NCBI GenBank assembly: GCA_963726195.1 | Contig: CAVSBO010000005.1 | Location: 128,001 to 192,000 of the forward strand | Direction of reading: 5' to 3' | From: Candidatus Thorarchaeota archaeon | Lineage (GTDB): Archaea; Asgardarchaeota; Thorarchaeia; Thorarchaeales; Thorarchaeaceae | DNA length: 64,000 bases | Shown here: in pieces, positions 9,889-19,578 of the stretch | How positions within the stretch are numbered: the first letter of the stretch is position 1 | How the letters are laid out: the number at the start of each line of letters is the position of its first letter | Made by a program: the position numbers and the translations under genes | Notes under the pieces: generated by a model | Database searches by the model: none | Told to the model about the DNA's origin: nothing | Seen by the model: the letters and a program-made list of their open reading frames with translations, nothing else

Positions 9889-11265
9889 CTAGCGAGTTCG
9901 TTGAATGGCTTCCGCGACGACAGCCTTTGCCCGCTTCATGGTTTCTTCCGCTTGGCGGGGCGTGCGTGCTTCACAAGTGATCCTTACCACGGGCTCCGTG
10001 CCTGAGGGCCTAACTAGTACCCAACCTTCCTTGAGTGATATGCCTAGGCCATCCACCGTCACGACGTCAACAGTATCTCTGAATGCTTCGGGCAGTCTTT
10101 TCGTTACGGCTTGCATCACAGCCGGCTTCAATTCGTCTTGGCACTGCAGCTTCGTTTTCAGAAGAGGATACAGAGGTATTTCCCGAATGAGGTTTCCGAA
10201 CCCCTGTCCTGTGTGTGCCATGAGCTCGAGAATCTTGCATGCAGCAAGGAATGGCTCTGGTGCCAAATGAAACTCGGGAAGAATGAAGACACCACATGCC
10301 TCACCACCCATGGCCGCCTTGGTCTCATTCACCTTCATGGATACTTGTATGTCTCCTACCGGAGTTCTGATTGTGCGTCCCCCCGCCTTTTCCACCGTTT
10401 CATCCAAGACCCGTGAACTGTCGACTGTTGTGACTATCGTCTTGCTGCTCGATGTCTTCAAGGTCTCTCTCGCCAAGAGTGCTATTGTTCTGTCTCCTCT
10501 CACAACTTCACCGGTCTCCGTCACGAAAACAACTCTGTCAGAATCGCCGTCATGAGCTATGCCGAGATTCGCCCCTGTCTCTGGAACCATCCGTGCGAGG
10601 TCTTTCAGCGTCTCTTCATCTGGTTCGGAGATTCGCCCTGGAAAGAACCCATCCGGCTGTCCATTGATTGTGATAACCTTGCATCCCAGTTCCCTCATGA
10701 GGTATGGTGTCATTGCGCATGCGGCGCCGTTGCCCGGATCGACAACCACTTTGTAGGCCCTTTTTCTGATTAGGTCCCCGTCGCATCTCGACATCACTGC
10801 TTCCATGTGTTCCGTTACTGCACTCTCGAGGGTTTCTTCGGCACCCAGCTGATTCCATGCCGCGACCTTGAACTCGCGAGAATCATAGAGATTCTCAACT
10901 CTTTCTTCTTCTTCCGGAGTGTAGCCCATGCTGTTTCGAGACCAAAACTTGACGCCCGTATACTCTGGGGGATTGTGAGACGCAGTGACCGTAACTCCAG
11001 CATCGTAGCCGTGACTCATTGCGACGAAAGCAAGCGTGGGAGTTGGCAACATGCCCGCCCTGACCACGTTTGTTCCAGTGGAAAGCAAACCAGCCGAGAA
11101 AGCATCAGCCACCATGCGTCCAGTCGTTCGCACGTCGTGCGCCAAGGCAACCGTCCCTCCATTGAGATACGTGCCAAGCGACTTGCCGAGATTCAGTGCC
11201 ATCGCGAGGTCAAACTCCGATCCGTAGACCTTCCTGACTCCGGTTGTGCCGAACAGCTTTCCCAA
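9889..11265 (-). CDS. glmM: Phosphoglucosamine mutase / phosphomannomutase (alpha-D-phosphohexomutase)
   Basis: LFGTTGVR, TASHNP (phosphoserine), DGDSDR (metal loop), GGEACG and RPSGTEP motifs. Confidence 0.88.
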   Translation of the reverse strand: MGKLFGTTGVRKVYGSEFDLAMALNLGKSLGTYLNGGTVALAHDVRTTGRMVADAFSAGLLSTGTNVVRAGMLPTPTLAFVAMSHGYDAGVTVTASHNPPEYTGVKFWSRNSMGYTPEEEERVENLYDSREFKVAAWNQLGAEETLESAVTEHMEAVMSRCDGDLIRKRAYKVVVDPGNGAACAMTPYLMRELGCKVITINGQPDGFFPGRISEPDEETLKDLARMVPETGANLGIAHDGDSDRVVFVTETGEVVRGDRTIALLARETLKTSSSKTIVTTVDSSRVLDETVEKAGGRTIRTPVGDIQVSMKVNETKAAMGGEACGVFILPEFHLAPEPFLAACKILELMAHTGQGFGNLIREIPLYPLLKTKLQCQDELKPAVMQAVTKRLPEAFRDTVDVVTVDGLGISLKEGWVLVRPSGTEPVVRITCEARTPRQAEETMKRAKAVVAEAIQRTR

Positions 11266-11434
11266 ACTGCTTTCCCGAATCGTTCCCAAGCGACACTGCA
11301 AAAAAACCTGCCTGCGGCTTCTTGGTGATGAATTTCGCCTGTGTTGCGCGAAAGCTTATTAGAAGCTAAGAATCCTAAGCGGTTTGAAAAAATCTCCGCG
11401 GCGTTCTGCATATCGTGAATCGGGGTTATCCGTG

Positions 11435-11995
11435 ATGAGTAGCACTTATGACCGACTGTACAAGATTGTGGTGCTCGGGGAGGGGGCAGTGGGCAAAACT
11501 GCGATTGTGACCCGATTCTCGCACGGCTTCTTCAGAACTGACTACAAGACGACGATTGGTTCTCAGTTTGCGGTGAAGAACTTAGACATCAAGACCAACG
11601 AGAACAGAAGACTGACTGTCAAGCTGCAGATCTGGGATGTGGCCGGCCAGTCGCGTTTTGCGATTCTTCGACCAATGTACTACCGAGGTGCAAGTGGCGG
11701 AGTTCTCGTATATGATGTGACTAGGCGTCGCACGTTCATCGTATTGCACGAGTGGCTCGATGAACTCCATAAAGCGATTAACAAGACTATACCTCTCGTA
11801 CTTGTCGCAAACAAGACCGATCTCACAGATCGCGTTGTTACGCCGGCTGAGGGCAGGGAATTTGCAGACAAGCATAGCCTGCCTTACGTAGAGTCCTCTG
11901 CAAAGACTGGCGAAGGTGTTATCGACATATTCGAACAGCTTGCGAAGACTCTTGCTGAGGAACACGAGCACGAAGACGAGTCCAATACATCATAA
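11435..11995 (+). CDS. Rab-like small GTPase
   Basis: G1 GEGAVGKT, G2 TIG, G3 WDVAGQ, G4 NKTD, G5 SAK; RabF-like KLQIW, YYRGA and LVYDVT; no C-terminal cysteine. Confidence 0.93.
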   Translation: MSSTYDRLYKIVVLGEGAVGKTAIVTRFSHGFFRTDYKTTIGSQFAVKNLDIKTNENRRLTVKLQIWDVAGQSRFAILRPMYYRGASGGVLVYDVTRRRTFIVLHEWLDELHKAINKTIPLVLVANKTDLTDRVVTPAEGREFADKHSLPYVESSAKTGEGVIDIFEQLAKTLAEEHEHEDESNTS

Positions 11996-12070
11996 CGCAC
12001 ATCCAGTTCTCAGTTCGTTTTGACTGCACAGTCAGGAATATCAGGCAATCTCCTCTGAGTGATTCCGAAC

Positions 12071-12676
12071 ATGACAAAACCTGACGAGTACTACGCTGCC
12101 AACGTAATCCCTCCGATTGCTTGGGCACTTGACCTGTACTTCAAGCAGGGCCATCGCCCTAAGGATGCACCTGTCGTCGAGATTTCGTTCCCTGCTGGAC
12201 AGCACAAAGAAGCACTTCGGACGCTGGGCAAGCACGAAATTGCGGTCTGGATTTCCAAACAGGAGGTTTTCGTTAGACCCCGATGCTCTTACGATAAGGA
12301 CTGCAAGTTCATGGGGCCGCGGATTGACGCTCGAGACAGGGAGGCTGTCAAGGCACTGGCGTGGGACAAGACGGACAAAACCAAGTTCTTCAAGACGATT
12401 CGCGACTGGCTACTTGAACTCAACCTGGACTTTACCACCCTGGTCAGGGCTCTGGTTACCGTGTGTGACAGAATGGTGACGATTCCTCTCACTACGCGGT
12501 ATGGCAAGACCTTTGACAAGTTCGACGATTACAGGCGCCACAAATGGCCCGAGGATGCGACACCGGATGACAAGCCGCGTCTTCTTGAAGAAGTGCTTTT
12601 CAGGGTTGCATTCTGGTTTCAGACAGCAGCTGATGTCGGGGCGCTGAAGAACGCTCAGGTCAATCGACACTCATAA
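12071..12676 (+). CDS. Hypothetical protein
   Basis: Clean ~200-aa ORF co-oriented between the Rab-like gene and the kinase; no motif recognised. Confidence 0.65.
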   Translation: MTKPDEYYAANVIPPIAWALDLYFKQGHRPKDAPVVEISFPAGQHKEALRTLGKHEIAVWISKQEVFVRPRCSYDKDCKFMGPRIDARDREAVKALAWDKTDKTKFFKTIRDWLLELNLDFTTLVRALVTVCDRMVTIPLTTRYGKTFDKFDDYRRHKWPEDATPDDKPRLLEEVLFRVAFWFQTAADVGALKNAQVNRHS

Positions 12677-12720
12677 GACCGCTTTCTGCGGGACGACAAT
12701 GGACAAGTTGTGGGATTGCC

Positions 12721-13842
12721 ATGATACTTGGTTTGCTTGTCAACCCAATAGCTGGAATGGGCGGCCGTGTCGGGCTTAAGGGAACAGACGGAGTCGTCGA
12801 CGAGGCGGTCAGAAGAGGTGCGACACAGGTGGCTCCCGGCCGTGCTGTCGAGTTCTTGGAGACCCTATCTTCGTTGAAGCTCTCAGGTGTTGAGCTGACA
12901 ACCTGTCCGGGAATAATGGGTGCGGAAATCTGCAGGCGGGCAGGTATCGAGCACAAGACCGTCAAAATCAAACTGGGACCCAAGACCGATGCCAAAGACA
13001 CCGTTCGTTGTGTCAGAGCTTTGTATGAATCGGGCGTGCGGCTGTTGGTATTCGTGGGGGGAGACGGGACTGCAAGAGATATCCTTGACGCAGTGAAAGT
13101 CGGGAATTTGTCAGACCTTCTCGTTCTGGGCGTCCCGTCTGGGGTTAAGATGTACAGCGGTATGTTTGTTGTCAACCCACGCGATGCAGCTGAAGTCGTG
13201 AGGCTGGTGAATGAAGGCGCAACGGGCACCACTGAGTTTGAGGTGATGGACGCCGATGAAGCCGCCATTAGGCAGGACCGATTCATCGTGCAGCTCTACG
13301 GTTATCTCACAGGACCATCAGTTCCAGCTCGGTTTCAAGGCTCCAAGCAAGTTAGCCCGGAGACCGTGGATGAACATGAGGCCCAGGAGGCCATAGCAAA
13401 GTACGTGATTGATTCGATGCCACAAGGCCAGACGCTCATTCTAGGTCCGGGAACCACAATCAAAGCGCTCACGGACCTTCTCAAGATAAGGAAGACGACA
13501 CTTGGTGTCGACCTGTTTCAGGACGGTGTTGTGTACAACGATGTCAACGAGTCGAGGATACTGGAAGTCGTCAAAGACTTTGCGAAAGTGTGGATCGTTG
13601 TGTCACCTATAGGCCACCAAGGTGTCTTGTTCGGACGAGGCAATCAGCAGATTAGCCCAAACATAATTCAACGTGTAGGCCGTGACAACATACGCGTTCT
13701 GTGTACCGCGTCCAAACTGAGAGGTATCGAAGACGGCACACTAAAGGTGGACACCGGTGACCCCTCCGTGGACAAGCTTCTTCGTGGCTACATAAGGGTC
13801 ATTACTGATTATAGTGAGATGCGTCTCGTGAAGATAGAATAG
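12721..13842 (+). CDS. ATP-NAD kinase family protein (AcoX-like)
   Basis: NPIAGMGGRVGLKGTDG, GGDGTARD, GVPSGVKMYSG and GRGNQQIS motifs. Confidence 0.85.
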   Translation: MILGLLVNPIAGMGGRVGLKGTDGVVDEAVRRGATQVAPGRAVEFLETLSSLKLSGVELTTCPGIMGAEICRRAGIEHKTVKIKLGPKTDAKDTVRCVRALYESGVRLLVFVGGDGTARDILDAVKVGNLSDLLVLGVPSGVKMYSGMFVVNPRDAAEVVRLVNEGATGTTEFEVMDADEAAIRQDRFIVQLYGYLTGPSVPARFQGSKQVSPETVDEHEAQEAIAKYVIDSMPQGQTLILGPGTTIKALTDLLKIRKTTLGVDLFQDGVVYNDVNESRILEVVKDFAKVWIVVSPIGHQGVLFGRGNQQISPNIIQRVGRDNIRVLCTASKLRGIEDGTLKVDTGDPSVDKLLRGYIRVITDYSEMRLVKIE

Positions 13843-13898
13843 AGCCTCTTGCGTTCTGTGTCTTGGATTATTGGTACTATTGTTCTACATTGGTTTCC

Positions 13899-15266
13899 CT
13901 ATTTTGTGACTTCCTGCAAGCATTCCTCGAACACTTCGAGGACCCTGTCCACTTGTTCTTCCGTGATTGTGAGAGGCGGCTTGAATTTGATCACATTGCG
14001 CAAGTCATAGCCCCAAGGGGACAAACTAGGCATATTATAATCAAATATCACACCACGTTTCCAACCCTCTTCGATGAAGTTGTTCGCCGCCTCAACTGCA
14101 GGGGTCTTGGTCTTCGGGTCCTCAACAAGCTCAACTCCCTTGTAGAGTCCCGGGCAGCGCACGTCTCCAATAATCGGATATTTCTCTTGAAGCTCAAGGA
14201 TGCCCTTCTTGAATTTGTCTCCGAGTATCTTGCTTCTCTGCAGCAGCTTTTTTCTCTTGATGATTTCGATATTCACCAATGACGCCGCGAACATAACAGG
14301 GTTAGAGCCGAACGTAGAATGCTCCTCGGACTCAGTGAATCCGACGATATCGCCGCGTGTAAGTATTGCACCCATGGGGACTCCGCCAGCAATCGCCTTG
14401 GTCAGGCACATGACATCGGGCCGCATGTTGTGCAAGTCCGAGGCACACCATTCTCCAACTCTACCAAAACCGGTCTGTGCTTCGTCGAATATCAGCAGGG
14501 CATCAATCTCTTCACAAATCTCCTTGAGCGCTTTCAGGTATTCAGTATGCGCTTCGATATGTCCGCCAGGTCCACTTATTGGCTCTAGAAGGATACCTGC
14601 TACAGGACCTGTTACACCATGCTTGATGGTCTGTTTCACAAACTCCGCACAGACTCCTGTACAGTCCTCCTTCTCTCTGTCGTGCCCAAGGTAGCATCTA
14701 TAGCAGTACGGGTAAGGAACTTTGACGAAATGCTCTCTTCCAAAGCCGGGGAATCGTGTGGCTGTGGGCATGTAAGCACTTGCAGCCAGTGTTCCTAGGG
14801 ACGCACCATGGTACGCTCGCCAAGTCGTGATGAATGTGTCTGCGCCGTTCTTGCGGAGCATGGCTACCTTCATGGCCGCCTCGACCGCTGCTCCTCCACC
14901 CATGTTGTTGAAGCTCGCCCGCGGCATCTTGAATAGCTTCGTGAGTTCGTTAAGCAGCTTCAGCCGAGGCACTGTCGGGAACCCATACCTAACGTGAGAG
15001 AGACGCTGCATCTGAAGAGCCGCAACGTATGCAATATCGGGGTCGCAGAATCCGATGTTCAATGTCCAAGCTTGTGATGTGCAGTCGATGTACTCGTTTC
15101 CCTTGAGGTCTCTGATGACAGCTCCGCCCGGTTCTCCCTCAAACATGATCTTGTCTTTGAGCGGAGTCAGTGAGTGTTCCTCAGCCTCCTTGATCTCTTC
15201 GTCTGTGATTTCGGTTATCATTTCCTCTATTTCGTCTTCAGTCAGGGTCACGGGCTTAAGCTTCAT
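13899..15266 (-). CDS. Class III PLP aminotransferase (GabT/ArgD-like)
   Basis: GGAAVEAAMK, AYHG, LLEPI, FDEAQTGFGR, LTKAIAGG, STFGSNP and KFKPPL motifs. Confidence 0.9.
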   Translation of the reverse strand: MKLKPVTLTEDEIEEMITEITDEEIKEAEEHSLTPLKDKIMFEGEPGGAVIRDLKGNEYIDCTSQAWTLNIGFCDPDIAYVAALQMQRLSHVRYGFPTVPRLKLLNELTKLFKMPRASFNNMGGGAAVEAAMKVAMLRKNGADTFITTWRAYHGASLGTLAASAYMPTATRFPGFGREHFVKVPYPYCYRCYLGHDREKEDCTGVCAEFVKQTIKHGVTGPVAGILLEPISGPGGHIEAHTEYLKALKEICEEIDALLIFDEAQTGFGRVGEWCASDLHNMRPDVMCLTKAIAGGVPMGAILTRGDIVGFTESEEHSTFGSNPVMFAASLVNIEIIKRKKLLQRSKILGDKFKKGILELQEKYPIIGDVRCPGLYKGVELVEDPKTKTPAVEAANNFIEEGWKRGVIFDYNMPSLSPWGYDLRNVIKFKPPLTITEEQVDRVLEVFEECLQEVTK

Positions 15267-15359
15267 CGAGTATTCCTCCTGAATGCCAACCTCTCACAGA
15301 GCTCGTCACCAATTATTAACTCTGATGGGCGGCCTCGGTGCAAGAAAGCAATAGTCCTG

Positions 15360-16370
15360 CTAGGAGCGGGCGTTGGTACCATACCATCTCTTGAGAACCC
15401 TAGCTGCTCTCAAGGTCACCCATTTTGATGGCTGGCCCTTTTCTTCAATGTTACATAACATCTTGCCGTTGTACGTGTTCTTCAACAGCCACCGACCATC
15501 TGGTCTTCGCGTCTGTTCAACCAGCTCAATCGCGTCTTTCATTCTTGCATCATGAATCCCCAGACTTGTGAGCACGTCAAGAACCTCAAGCGCGTCTGAC
15601 TGATAGAAGAGGGGAAAGCCAAATCGCTTCCAGCCCTCCTTGTCCTTGCGCTCGCCCTTCGGCCCGCGGAGATACTTGTAGACCCGGTTGGTGAGAATGG
15701 ATTCCGTCTCCTCCTGAATGATCTTGCGGACTTCCTGTGACCTCTTGCTAGTGGGGATTATGGACAGAGCTTTGAGAACTTTGACAGCCCCCATGTAGCA
15801 GTTGACGGGGAACACTTCTGCCCTGTGAATGGGATAGCTCCGACAGGGCCAGCCGTAATCCTTGCTGGAGTGATCTGCAACAAGGAAGTCAATTAGCTTC
15901 TTGGTCCGAGCGTCGTCCAAGTAACCAAAGTGTATCAAATAGTACAGAATGTTTCCGTCGAAACAGCATGCATCTGTGACAGTGCTCGCCTTTCCTTTCT
16001 CCGACTTCGGTGCGTTGTGCCAGAAGTGACCTGAGTCGCGCTGAAACGAATACATGAACTCGATGGCTTTACGGATGGCAGGCGTCGAGTCCGCACCAAG
16101 TTCGGCAAGAATGAGGAGATCATGCGTTGTGGCCGTGTACTTAGGTAGGTACATACTATCCTTCTTGCCCCAATATCCCTCGGGCTTCTGAGCTTCCATA
16201 ATTGCTTTGACACAAGGTGACTGCATGAGGGCTCGTCGCGCCGCACCGACTTCCGGGTCCGATTGGTTCTTGTCCTTCAGATGTTGAAGTGCCCAGAACC
16301 TGACACTGGGGTCATCTTCAGCCAATAGCCAGTCAATGACTTCCCTGTTAGGTTCTTTCTCTGGATTCAT
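15360..16370 (-). CDS. Terpene-cyclase/prenyltransferase-fold (alpha/alpha barrel) protein of unknown function
   Basis: WLLAEDDPSVR, QW-like repeats (QKPEGYW, QRDSGHF, RRPDGRW), FGFPLFYQSDALE and GQPSKWVT. Confidence 0.65.
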   Translation of the reverse strand: MNPEKEPNREVIDWLLAEDDPSVRFWALQHLKDKNQSDPEVGAARRALMQSPCVKAIMEAQKPEGYWGKKDSMYLPKYTATTHDLLILAELGADSTPAIRKAIEFMYSFQRDSGHFWHNAPKSEKGKASTVTDACCFDGNILYYLIHFGYLDDARTKKLIDFLVADHSSKDYGWPCRSYPIHRAEVFPVNCYMGAVKVLKALSIIPTSKRSQEVRKIIQEETESILTNRVYKYLRGPKGERKDKEGWKRFGFPLFYQSDALEVLDVLTSLGIHDARMKDAIELVEQTRRPDGRWLLKNTYNGKMLCNIEEKGQPSKWVTLRAARVLKRWYGTNARS

Positions 16371-16535
16371 GTGAATTCATCTCCATCCTGTGACACAGGC
16401 GAAGGGTCTTGGTTTTCCTTGTTGCCCTGCATCGCGTCTTTACACCACCGACGTTTGGCCTAGGCCCGGATTGAACCATCCTGAGCCTGGGCCTGTAATC
16501 GGAAGTTGGCCATATCGCTATGAATGTCATTGAGA

Positions 16536-17843
16536 CTACAGTTCGAACCCTGTCTTGGCGCCGCCCCAAGTCTCCATTGCGACTCTCAGTTCTTCGTGGT
16601 CGGTTGCGTACTGGCTGACTGGTATGCCTTGCATCTTTGCGTCAATCGCTTGTCTGAATGCAGTCGCACCAGCACGGGGTCCCATGGGATGAGCATGGAT
16701 TCCTCCGCCAGAGCCAATCACGATGTCTGGTCCGAGATCGTTCATGACCTCCTCTACCATGCCGGGCGATATGCCGCCGCTCGGCATTGGAGCTGTCTGG
16801 TCGATGTGAAGCAAGGGCATGACCATTTCGTGTGCCATTCCGAGGTATCTTTCCTTAAGCACAGGAGCTTTGCCATAAGGGCAAGGGAAGACAGTTATGT
16901 CCGCGCCGCAGATTCTCGGCAGCTTTCCAGTCACCAAGTTCGAAGATATCCCTGTTATCGGCGATTCGTAGAATGCACCTGTAATGTCCATGTGTGCTAG
17001 AACGGGGACCTTGACAGATGGATCTTCACAGATGTGCTGGAAGACAGAATATCCTACAGCAAGAAAATTCACCATGAGCGCATTCGCGCCCCATTCTTGT
17101 GCCTTCTCTGCGTTCTCAAAGACCTTGGGCACACTGTCTGTTATGTTCGCAGTATAGAGCGTCTTCTCTCCCTTCTCTGAATCGGCCCTGTCGGCGGCTT
17201 CCATGAAGAGAGGAACGCGTTCAGCCAGAGTGTTGAAATCAGGATTGGCAAGCAACTCATCATCCTTGATTATGTCTGCTCCGCCCACCGCTGCGCCGTA
17301 GAAGAGGCCTGCCCCCATTTTTGCTGAAGTGTAGACACAAGGTTTGATCATGTTGTTCAGCCACGGTCTGTCTTTCACTCCAGTGAGTTTCCTCAGACCC
17401 TTGATGCCGAACTTTGGGCCTTTGAATCCTTTCAACCAGCTCTTGGGGAAACGAAGATCCAGGCACTTGATTCTGCCTCCAAGGGAAATGTTGCCTATTA
17501 CAGTGCTGAGCAACATGGGAATCTGCTGACCGAAGTTCTCCCAAGGGAAAGCTACTTGTATGACGTACTCCCGTCGCTCGATATCCTTTGGGATGCTGTA
17601 TTCGTGATAAGGAACTTCATAGACCCCAATGACCTTGGCGATATGTCTCTTGCGGACTTCCACCGTTTCGCCCGGCACGGGTGTCCAAGTTCCGGTACTC
17701 TGTTCAATTGCCGCCGCCTGAGCAAGCTCTCTCGCGTCGAGCATGGGCGGAAGGCCGATGTAATAGGTTCCTATCACATATTTCTCAATGTCAATGCCGT
17801 CAGGCAATGCATCAGGCAATGCGTCAAGCGGTATCCTTTCCAT
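16536..17843 (-). CDS. RuBisCO-like protein (form IV)
   Basis: EQSTGTW, FKGPKFG, GADIIKDDE, SGG and GGGIHAHP motifs. KPCVY replaces KPKLG and HMD replaces HRA, so true-RuBisCO residues are missing. Confidence 0.9.
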   Translation of the reverse strand: MERIPLDALPDALPDGIDIEKYVIGTYYIGLPPMLDARELAQAAAIEQSTGTWTPVPGETVEVRKRHIAKVIGVYEVPYHEYSIPKDIERREYVIQVAFPWENFGQQIPMLLSTVIGNISLGGRIKCLDLRFPKSWLKGFKGPKFGIKGLRKLTGVKDRPWLNNMIKPCVYTSAKMGAGLFYGAAVGGADIIKDDELLANPDFNTLAERVPLFMEAADRADSEKGEKTLYTANITDSVPKVFENAEKAQEWGANALMVNFLAVGYSVFQHICEDPSVKVPVLAHMDITGAFYESPITGISSNLVTGKLPRICGADITVFPCPYGKAPVLKERYLGMAHEMVMPLLHIDQTAPMPSGGISPGMVEEVMNDLGPDIVIGSGGGIHAHPMGPRAGATAFRQAIDAKMQGIPVSQYATDHEELRVAMETWGGAKTGFEL

Positions 17844-17968
17844 TCTTATCAAACCTGTATAGCCATAGAAAGGACGGTCTTATTTTCTTTTGGAACGGCA
17901 TGGTCTCATTGGCATTCTTTATCTAGGATGGAAATCGTTATGGCATAACAACATCCGGACAGTGCAGT

Positions 17969-19567
17969 ATGATGATTCCAATAGCAGATGTCGCAGAGAA
18001 GGCTGGTATACCCCTTGAGTTCCTTGAACCATATGGCAAGTACATGGCGAAGATAGACCTTGGAATCAGGAAGGAACTCGGTGAACGGAAGGGGAAGCTC
18101 ATTCTCGTGACAGCCACGAACCCTACTCCCGCCGGAGAGGGGAAGACCACGAATTCCATTGGACTTTCCATGTCTCTCAATTCCCAGGGCTACAAGGCGG
18201 TCGTGACCCTGAGAGAACCCTCACTAGGCCCTGTGTTCGGTGTCAAGGGAGGCGCTGCAGGTGGTGGCAAGTCTCAAGTGCTGCCATTCGAGAAGATCAA
18301 TCTGCTGTTCACTGCAGACTTCCCTGCTGTCTCTGCTGCTCACAATCTGCTCTCTGCAATGATTGACAATCACATCCACCAAGGCAACCAACTGGACATT
18401 GATTCGCGAAGAGTCCACTGGCCAAGGACAATTGACATGAATGACAGAGCATTGAGGAAAGTTACCGTGGGGCTTGGTGGAAAAGCAAATGGTTTCCCAC
18501 GTGAGGATACATTCGTCATTACTGCAGCATCCGAAATCATGGCGATTCTTGGACTGTCTACGGACTATGACGACCTGAAAGCGCGCCTTGGACGAGTGCT
18601 CGTCGGACGAACGATGAAGCTCGATGAGGTTCACGCGAGTGACCTCAAGGCAGAGGGTGCAATGAGTGTTCTCCTACGGGATGCGCTGATGCCCAATCTC
18701 GTTCAGACATCTGAGGGTACTCCTGCGTTGATACATTCAGGTCCATTTGCTAACATTGCTCATGGCACGAATTCCATCACTGCTATCGACCTTGCTCTGA
18801 GGTTGTTTGACCACGTAGTCGTTGAGGCTGGCTTCGGTGCTGACTTGGGCGCGGAGAAGTTCATCAACATAGTCACTAGAATCGGCGGTTTCAAGGTTGA
18901 TGCAGTTGTTGTGGTCACATCAATCCGTGCACTGATGGGTCACGGAGGTGGCGTCCTTGAGAAGGGATTTGGAAACTTGGAGAAGCACATGGAGAACGTG
19001 AAAGCCTTTGGCCTGCCAGCTGTTATTGCGCTCAATAGATTCCCTGATGACACCGCAGACCAGATATCCGCACTGAAAGCGTTCTGCACGAAGCGTGGTT
19101 GGAGAATGGAGGTCTCAGAGGTCTATGCCAAGGGAAGCGAGGGCGGCAAGGATTTGGCCAAGGCGGTAGTCGATACTCTCACCCAGAAGAGCAAGATTGC
19201 CTATACCTACGAACTCGAAGATGACCTGAAGACTAAGATCAGCAAGGTCGCAACGAAGATCTACGGTGCAAGAGGAGTCGTGTATTCCGAAGACGCTGAC
19301 TCTGACATCAAGTCGCTGGAGAAGCGCGGATATGGAAAGCTGCCCGTGTGCATTGCGAAGACTCAGTTCAGTCTCTCTGATAACCCCAAGCTTCTAGGCC
19401 GACCGACAGGATTTGACGTGTCCGTCAGAGGAGTCGATGTGAGTGCTGGAGCGGGTTTTGTTGTTGTCTATATGGGCGACATAATGCTCATGCCCGGTTT
19501 GCCCAAGGAACCCGCAGCGGTCAACATGGGGTTGGACGAGAACGCCAATATCTACGGCGTATTCTAG
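17969..19567 (+). CDS. fhs: Formate--tetrahydrofolate ligase
   Basis: PTPAGEGKTT, LREPSLGP, KGGAAGGG, GPFANIAHG, EAGFGADLGAEKF, CIAKTQFS and MPGLP motifs. Confidence 0.96.
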   Translation: MMIPIADVAEKAGIPLEFLEPYGKYMAKIDLGIRKELGERKGKLILVTATNPTPAGEGKTTNSIGLSMSLNSQGYKAVVTLREPSLGPVFGVKGGAAGGGKSQVLPFEKINLLFTADFPAVSAAHNLLSAMIDNHIHQGNQLDIDSRRVHWPRTIDMNDRALRKVTVGLGGKANGFPREDTFVITAASEIMAILGLSTDYDDLKARLGRVLVGRTMKLDEVHASDLKAEGAMSVLLRDALMPNLVQTSEGTPALIHSGPFANIAHGTNSITAIDLALRLFDHVVVEAGFGADLGAEKFINIVTRIGGFKVDAVVVVTSIRALMGHGGGVLEKGFGNLEKHMENVKAFGLPAVIALNRFPDDTADQISALKAFCTKRGWRMEVSEVYAKGSEGGKDLAKAVVDTLTQKSKIAYTYELEDDLKTKISKVATKIYGARGVVYSEDADSDIKSLEKRGYGKLPVCIAKTQFSLSDNPKLLGRPTGFDVSVRGVDVSAGAGFVVVYMGDIMLMPGLPKEPAAVNMGLDENANIYGVF

Positions 19568-19578
19568 GTGATGTATTC

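Noticed and set aside
15360-16370. Squalene-hopene cyclase implying hopanoid or sterol synthesis
   Set aside because: Only a single ~336-aa barrel with no DxDD catalytic motif.
16536-17843. CO2-fixing RuBisCO
   Set aside because: The Lys177- and Arg295-equivalent residues are substituted, which fits a form IV RLP.
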